Assembly (NCBI GenBank): GCA_964016885.1
Contig: OZ024740.1
Span: 26,350,001 to 26,414,000 of the forward strand
Direction: 5' to 3'
Origin: Eledone cirrhosa
Taxonomy: Eukaryota
DNA: 64,000 nt
The notes beneath the pieces are model-generated. The model worked only from the letters and a program-made list of their open reading frames with translations, made no database searches and was not told where the DNA came from. The position numbers and the translations under genes were made by a program. Of the stretch, positions 56,201 to 64,000 are shown one piece after another (positions within the stretch are counted from its first letter, which is position 1; each line of letters opens with the position of its first letter).

Positions 56201-59200
56201 ATAAACCCAGTACTACAGGAGAACTGATCATCTCTGTCAATCACCAGGATGGTTGTCATAAACCCAGTACTACAGGAGGACTGCTCATCTCTGTCAATCA
56301 CCAGTATGGTTGTCATAAAACCAGTACTACAGGAGAACTGCTCATCTCTGTCAATCACCAGTATGGTTGTCATAAACCCAGTACAATAGGAGAACTGCTC
56401 ATCTCTGTCAATCACCAGTATGGTTGTCATAAAACCAGTACTACAGGAGAACTGATCATCTCTGTCAATCACCAGTATGGTTGTCATAAAACCAGTACTA
56501 CAGGAGAACTGGTCATCTCTGTCAATCACCAGTATGGTTGTCATAAACCCAGTACTACAGGAGAACTGCTCATCTCTGTCAATCACCATTATGGTTGTCA
56601 TAAAACCAGTACTACAGGAGAACTGCTCATCTCTGTCAATCACCAATATGGTTGTCATAAAACCAGTACTACAGGAGAACTGCTCATCTCTGTCAATCAC
56701 CAGTATGGTTGTCATAAACCCAGTACTACAGGAGAACTGCTCATCTCTGTCAATCACCAGTATGGTTGTCATAAACCCAGTACTACAGGAGAACTGCTCA
56801 TCTCTGTCAATCACCAGTATGGTTGACATAAACCCAGTACTACAGGAGAACTGGTCATCTCCGTCAATCACCAGTATGGTTGTCATAAACCCAGTACTAC
56901 AGGAGAGCTGGTCATCTCTGTCAATCACCAGTATGGTTGTCATAAACCCAGTACTACAGGAGAACTGGTCATCTCTGTTAATCACCAGTATGGTTGTCAG
57001 AAAACCAGTACTACAGGAGAACTGCTCATCTCTGTCAATCACCAGTATGGTTGTCATAAAACCAGTACTACAGGAGAACTGGTCATCTCTGTCAATCACC
57101 AGTATGGTTGTCATAAAACCAGTACTACAGGAGAACTAGTCATCTCTGTCAATCACCAGTATGGCTGTCATAAAACCAGTACTACAGGAGAACTGCTCAT
57201 CTCTGTCAATCACCAGTATGGTTGTCATAAAACCAGTACTACAGGAGAACTGGTCATCTATGTCAATCACCAGTATGGTTGTCATAAAACCAGTACTACA
57301 GGAGAACTGCTCATCTCTGTCAATCACCAGTATGGTTGTCATAAAATCAGTACTACAGGAGAACTGGTCATCTCTGTCAATCACCAGTATGGTTGTCATG
57401 AACCCAGTACTACAGGAGAACTCCTCATCTCTGTCAATCACCAGTATGGTTGTCATAAAACCAGTACTACAGGAGAACTGCTCATCTCTGTCAATCACCA
57501 GTATGGTTGTCATAAACCCAGTACTACAGGAGAACTGCTCATCTCTGTCAATCACCAGTATGGTTGTCATAAACCCAGTACTACAGGAGAACTGCTCATC
57601 TCTGTCAATCACCAGTATGGTTGTCATAAAACCAGTACTACAGGAGAACTGGTCATCTCTGTCAATCACCAGTATGGTTGTCATAAACCCAGTACTACAG
57701 GAGAACTGATCATCTCTGTCAATCACCAGTATGGTTGTCATAAAACCAGTACTACAGGAGAACTGCTCATCTCTGTCAATCACCAGTATGGTTGTCATAA
57801 ACCCAGTACAATAGGAGAACTGCTCATCTCTGTCAATCACCAGTATGGTTGTCATAAAACCAGTACTACAGGAGAACTGATCATCTCTGTCAATCACCAG
57901 TATGGTTGTCATAAAATCAGTACTACAGGAGAACTGGTCATCTCTGTCAATCACCAGTATGGTTGTCATGAACCCAGTACTACAGGAGAACTCCTCATCT
58001 CTGTCAATCACCAGTATGGTTGTCATAAAACCAGTACTACAGGAGAACTGCTCATCTCTGTCAATCACCAGTATGGTTGTCATAAAACCAGTACTACAGG
58101 AGAACTGCTCATCTCTGTCAATCACCAGTATGGTTGTCATAAACCCAGTACTACAGGAGAACTGCTCATCTCTGTCAATCACCAGTATGGTTGTCATAAA
58201 ACCAGTACTACAGGAGAACTGTTCATCTCTGTCAATCACCAGTATGGTTGTCATAAACCCAGTACTACAGGAGAACTGATCATCTCTGTCAATCACCAGT
58301 ATGGTTGTCATAAAACCAGTACTACAGGAGAACTGCTCATCTCTGTCAATCACCAGTATGGTTGTCATAAACCCAGTACTACAGGAGAACTGATCATCTC
58401 TGTCAATCACCAGGATGGTTGTCATAAACCCAGTACTACAGGAGAACTGCTCATCTCTGTCAATCACCAGTATGGTTGTCATAAAACCAGTACTACAGGA
58501 GAACTGCTCATCTCTGTCAATCACCAGTATGGTTGTCATAAACCCAGTACAATAGGAGAACTGCTCATCTCTGTCAATCACCAGTATGGTTGTCATAAAA
58601 CCAGTACTACAGGAGAACTGATCATCTCTGTCAATCACCAGTATGGTTGTCATAAAACCAGTACTACAGGAGAACTGCTCATCTCTGTCAATCACCAGTA
58701 TGGTTGTCATAAACCCAGTACTACATGAGAACTGCTCATCTCTGTCAATCACCAGTATGGTTGTCATAAAACCAGTACTACAGGAGAACTGTTCATCTCT
58801 GTCAATCACCAGTATGGTTGTCATAAACCCAGTACTACAGGAGAACTGATCATCTCTGTCAATCACCAGTATGGTTGTCATAAAACCAGTACTACAGGAG
58901 AACTGCTCATCTCTGTCAATCACCAGTATGGTTGTCATAAACCCAGTACTACAGGAGAACTGATCATCTCTGTCAATCACCAGGATGGTTGTCATAAACC
59001 CAGTACTACAGGAGGACTGCTCATCTCTGTCAATCACCAGTATGGTTGTCATAAAACCAGTACTACAGGAGAACTGCTCATCTCTGTCAATCACCAGTAT
59101 GGTTGTCATAAACCCAGTACAATAGGAGAACTGCTCATCTCTGTCAATCACCAGTATGGTTGTCATAAAACCAGTACTACAGGAGAACTGATCATCTCTG

Positions 59201-62200
59201 TCAATCACCAGTATGGTTGTCATAAAACCAGTACTACAGGAGAACTGCTCATCTCTGTCAATCACCAGTATCGTTGTCATAAACCCAGTACTACAGGAGA
59301 ACTGTTCATCTCTGTCAATCACCAGTATGGTTGTCATAAACCCAGTACTACAGGAGAACTGATCATCTCTGTCAATCACCAGTATGGTTGTCATAAAACC
59401 AGTACTACAGGAGAACTGCTCATCTCTGTCAATCACCAGTATGGTTGTCATAAAACCAGTACTACAGGAGAACTGCTCATCTCTGCCAATCACCAGTATG
59501 GTTGTCATAAAACCAGTACTACAGGAGAACTGGTCATCTCTGTCAATCACCAGTATGGTTGTCATAAACCCAGTACTACAGAGAACTGCTCATCTCTGTC
59601 AATCACCAGTATGATTGTCATAAACCCAGTACTACAGGAGAACTGGTCATCTCTGTCAATCACCAGTATGGTTGTCATAAAACCAGTACTACAGGAGAAC
59701 TGCTCATCTCTGTTAATCACCAGTATGGTTGTCATAAAACCAGTACTACAGGAGAACGGGTCATCTCCGTCAATCACCAGTATGGTTGTCATAAAACCAG
59801 TACTACAGGAGAACTGGTCATCTCTGTCAATCACCAGTATGGTTGTCATAAAACCAGTACTACAGGAGAACTGGTCATCTCTGTCAATCACCAGTATGGT
59901 TGTCATAAAACCAGTACTACAGGAGAACTGGTCATCTCTGTCAATCACCAGTATGGTTGTCATAAAACCAGTACTACAGGAGAACTCCTCATCTCTGTCA
60001 ATCACAAGTATGGTTGTCATAAAACCAGTACTACAGGAGAACTGGTCATCTCTGTCAATCACCAGTATGGTTGTCATAAACCCAGTACTACAGGAGAACT
60101 GCTCATCTCTGTCAATCACCAGTATGGTTGTCATAAACCCAGTACTACAGGAGAACTGCTCATCTCTGTCAATCACCATTATGGTTGTCATAAAACCAGT
60201 ACTACAGGAGAACTGCTCATCTCTGTCAATCACCAATATGGTTGTCATAAAACCAGTACTACAGGAGAACTGCTCATCTCTGTCAATCACCAGTATGGTT
60301 GTCATAAACCCAGTACTACAGGAGAACTGCTCATCTCTGTCAATCACCAGTATGGTTGTCATAAACCCAGTACTACAGGAGAACTGCTCATCTCTGTCAA
60401 TCACCAGTATGGTTGTCATAAACCCAGTACTACAGGAGAACTGGTCATCTCTGTCAATCACCAGTATGGCTGTCATAAACCCAGTACTACAGGAGAACTG
60501 GTCATCTCTGTCAATCACCAGTATGGTTGTCATAAACCCAGTACTACAGGAGAACTGGTCATCTCTGTTAATCACCAGTATGGTTGTCAGAAAACCAGTA
60601 CTACAGGAGAACTGCTCATCTCTCTCAATCACCAGTATGGTTGTCATAAAACCAGTACTACAGGAGAACTGGTCATCTCTGTCAATCACCAGTATGGTTG
60701 TCATAAAACCAGTACTACAGGAGAACTAGTCATCTCTGTCAATCACCAGTATGGTTGTCATAAAACCAGTACTACAGGAGAACTGCTCATCTCTGTCAAT
60801 CACCAGTATGGTTGTCATAAAACCAGTAATACAGGAGAACTGGTCATCTCTGTCAATCATCAGTATGGTTGTCATAAAACCAGTACTACAGGAGAACTGG
60901 TCATCTCTGTCAATCATCAGTATGGTTGTCATAAAACCAGTACTACAGGAGAACTGGTCATCTCTGTCAATCACCAGTATGGTTGTCATGAACCCAGTAC
61001 TACAGGAGAACTCCTCATCTCTGTCAATCACCAGTATGGTTGTCATAAAACGAGTACTACAGGAGAACTGCTCATATCTGTCAATCACCAGTATGGTTGT
61101 CATAAAACCAGTACTACATGAGAACTGCTCATCTCTGTCAATCACCAGTATGGTTGTCATAAACCCAGTACTACAGGAGAACTGCTCATCTCTGTCAATC
61201 ACCAGTATGGTTGTCATAAAACCAGTACTACAGGAGAACTGTTCATCTCTGTCAATCACCAGTATGGTCGTCATAAACCCAGTACTACAGGAGAACTGAT
61301 CATCTCTGTCAATCACCAGTATGGTTGTCATAAAACCAGTACTACAGGAGAACTGCTCATCTCTGTCAATCACCAGTATCGTTGTCATAAACCCAGTACT
61401 ACAGGAGAACTGATCATCTCTGTCAATCACCAGTATGGTTGTCATAAACCCAGTACTACAGGAGAACTGATCATCTCTGTCAATCACCAGTATGGTTGTC
61501 ATAAAACCAGTACTACAGGAGAACTGCTCATCTCTGTCAATCACCAGTATGGTTGTCATAAAACCAGTACTACAGGAGAACTGCTCATCTCTGCCAATCA
61601 CCAGTATGGTTGTCATAAAACCAGTACTACAGGAGAACTGGTCATCTCTGTCAATCACCAGTATGGTTGTCATAAACCCAGTACTACAGAGAACTGCTCA
61701 TCTCTGTCAATCACCAGTATGATTGTCATAAACCCAGTACTACAGGAGAACTGGTCATCTCTGTCAATCACCAGTATGGTTGTCATAAAACCAGTACTAC
61801 AGGAGAACTGCTCATCTCTGTTAATCACCAGTATGGTTGTCATAAAACCAGTACTACAGGAGAACTGGTCATCTCTGTCAATCACCAGTATGGTTGTCAT
61901 AAAACCAGTACTACAGGAGAACTGGTCATCTCTGTCAATCACCAGTATGGTTGTCATAAAACCAGTACTACAGGAGAACTGGTCATCTCTGTCAATCACC
62001 AGTATGGTTGTCATAAAACCAGTACTACAGGAGAACTGGTCATCTCTGTCAATCACCAGTATGGTTGTCATAAAACCAGTACTACAGGAGAACTGGTCAT
62101 CACTGTCAATCACCAGTATGGTTGTCATAAAACCAGTACTACAGGAGAACTGCTCATCTCTGTCAATCACCAGTATGGTTGTCATAAAATCAGTACTACA

Positions 62201-64000
62201 GGAGAACTGGTCATCTCTGTCAATCACCAGTATGGTTGTCATGAACCCAGTACTACAGGAGAACTCCTCATCTCTGTCAATCACCAGTATGGTTGTCATA
62301 AAACCAGTACTACAGGAGAACTGCTCATCTCTGTCAATCACCAGTATGGTTGTCATAAAACCAGTACTACAGGAGAACTGCTCATCTCTGTCAATCACCA
62401 GTATGGTTGTCATAAACCCAGTACTACAGGAGAACTGCTCATCTCTGTCAATCACCAGTATGGTTGTCATAAAACCAGTACTACAGGAGAACTGTTCATC
62501 TCTGTCAATCACCAGTATGGTTGTCATAAACCCAGTACTACAGGAGAACTGATCATCTCTGTCAATCACCAGTATGGTTGTCATAAAACCAGTACTACAG
62601 GAGAACTGCTCATCTCTGTCAATCACCAGTATGGTTGTCATAAACCCAGTACTACAGGAGAACTGATCATCTCTGTCAATCACCAGGATGGTTGTCAGAA
62701 ACCCAGTACTACAGGAGAACTGCTCATCTCTGTCAATCACCAGTATGGTTGTCATAAAACCAGTACTACAGGAGAACTGCTCATCTCTGTCAATCACCAG
62801 TATGGTTGTCATAAACCCAGTACAATAGGAGAACTGCTCATCTCTGTCAATCACCAGTATGGTTGTCATAAAACCAGTACTACAGGAGAACTGATCATCT
62901 CTGTCAATCACCAGTATGGTTGTCATAAAACCAGTACTACAGGAGAACTGCTCATCTCTGTCAATCACCAGTATCGTTGTCATAAACCCAGTACTACAGG
63001 AGAACTGATCATCTCTGTCAATCACCAGTATGGTTGTCATAAACCCAGTACTACAGGAGAACTGATCATCTCTGTCAATCACCAGTATGGTTGTCATAAA
63101 ACCAGTACTACAGGAGAACTGCTCATCTCTGTCAATCACCAGTATGGTTGTCATAAAACCAGTACTACAGGAGAACTGCTCATCTCTGCCAATCACCAGT
63201 ATGGTTGTCATAAAACCAGTACTACAGGAGAACTGGTCATCTCTGTCAATCACCAGTATGGTTGTCATAAACCCAGTACTACAGAGAACTGCTCATCTCT
63301 GTCAATCACCAGTATGATTGTCATAAACCCAGTACTACAGGAGAACTGGTCATCTCTGTCAATCACCAGTATGGTTGTCATAAAACCAGTACTACAGGAG
63401 AACTGCTCATCTCTGTTAATCACCAGTATGGTTGTCATAAAACCAGTACTACAGGAGAACTGGTCATCTCTGTCAATCACCAGTATGGTTGTCATAAAAC
63501 CAGTACTACAGGAGAACTGGTCATCTCTGTCAATCACCAGTATGGTTGTCATAAAACCAGTACTACAGGAGAACTGGTCATCTCTGTCAATCACCAGTAT
63601 GGTTGTCATAAAACCAGTACTACAGGAGAACTGGTCATCTCTGTCAATCACCAGTATGGTTGTCATAAAACCAGTACTACAGGAGAACTACTCATCTCTG
63701 TCAATCACAAGTATGGTTGTCATAAAACCAGTACTACAGGAGAACTGGTCATCTCTGTCAATCACCAGTATGGTTGTCATAAACCCAGTACTACAGGAGA
63801 ACTGCTCATCTCTGTCAATCACCAGTATGGTTGTCATAAACCCAGTACTACAGGAGAACTGGTCATCTCTGTCAATCACCAGTATGGTTGTCATGAACCC
63901 AGTACTACAGGAGAACTCCTCATTTCTGTCAATCACCAGTATGGTTGTCATAAAACCAGTACTACAGGAGAACTGCTCATCTCTGTCAATCACCAGTATG
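35211..64000. repeat. 57-bp satellite array, about 505 units, running off the window end
   Basis: Consensus atcaccagtatggttgtcataaa(a/c)ccagtactacaggagaactg(c/g/a/t)tcatctctgtca. No foreign insertions were seen. Rare variants recur in duplicated multi-kb blocks. Confidence 0.99.

Noticed and set aside
35211-64000. Long ORFs (up to 904 aa) as real repeat-protein genes, or the array as a CRISPR locus
   Set aside because: ORFs arise on both strands because the 57-bp unit is a multiple of three and stop-free in several frames. Stops and frameshifts recur, there are no unique domains and there are no spacers.

Overview
Repeat-dominated, AT-rich eukaryotic DNA. A mollusc, most likely a cephalopod or octopus, is inferred from the SINE types and the very dense (TA)n/(CA)n microsatellites. 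No intact host protein-coding gene is supported. Bases 1-35.2 kb are a patchwork of microsatellites and retroelement insertions. They include a near-complete but disrupted Penelope-like element (PLE; RT with YRDD plus C-terminal GIY-YIG endonuclease) at 7171-12699, with direct pseudo-LTRs, an inverted 5' copy and three hammerhead ribozyme motifs. A second, 5'-truncated PLE of a different lineage (YVDD) lies at 26521-29830. Several short fold-back or hammerhead-like remnants sit in (TA)n tracts. There are also two RTE-clade LINE fragments, tRNA-derived SINEs (one internally amplified into a 44-bp tandem array), a MITE-like element, a possible non-autonomous Helitron and a candidate E2F/CCAAT promoter at about 6.6-6.8 kb. 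From 35211 to the window end lies a homogeneous 57-bp satellite (about 505 copies) with multi-kb block duplications. Nearly all long ORFs in the ORF track are artefacts of microsatellites or of this satellite.
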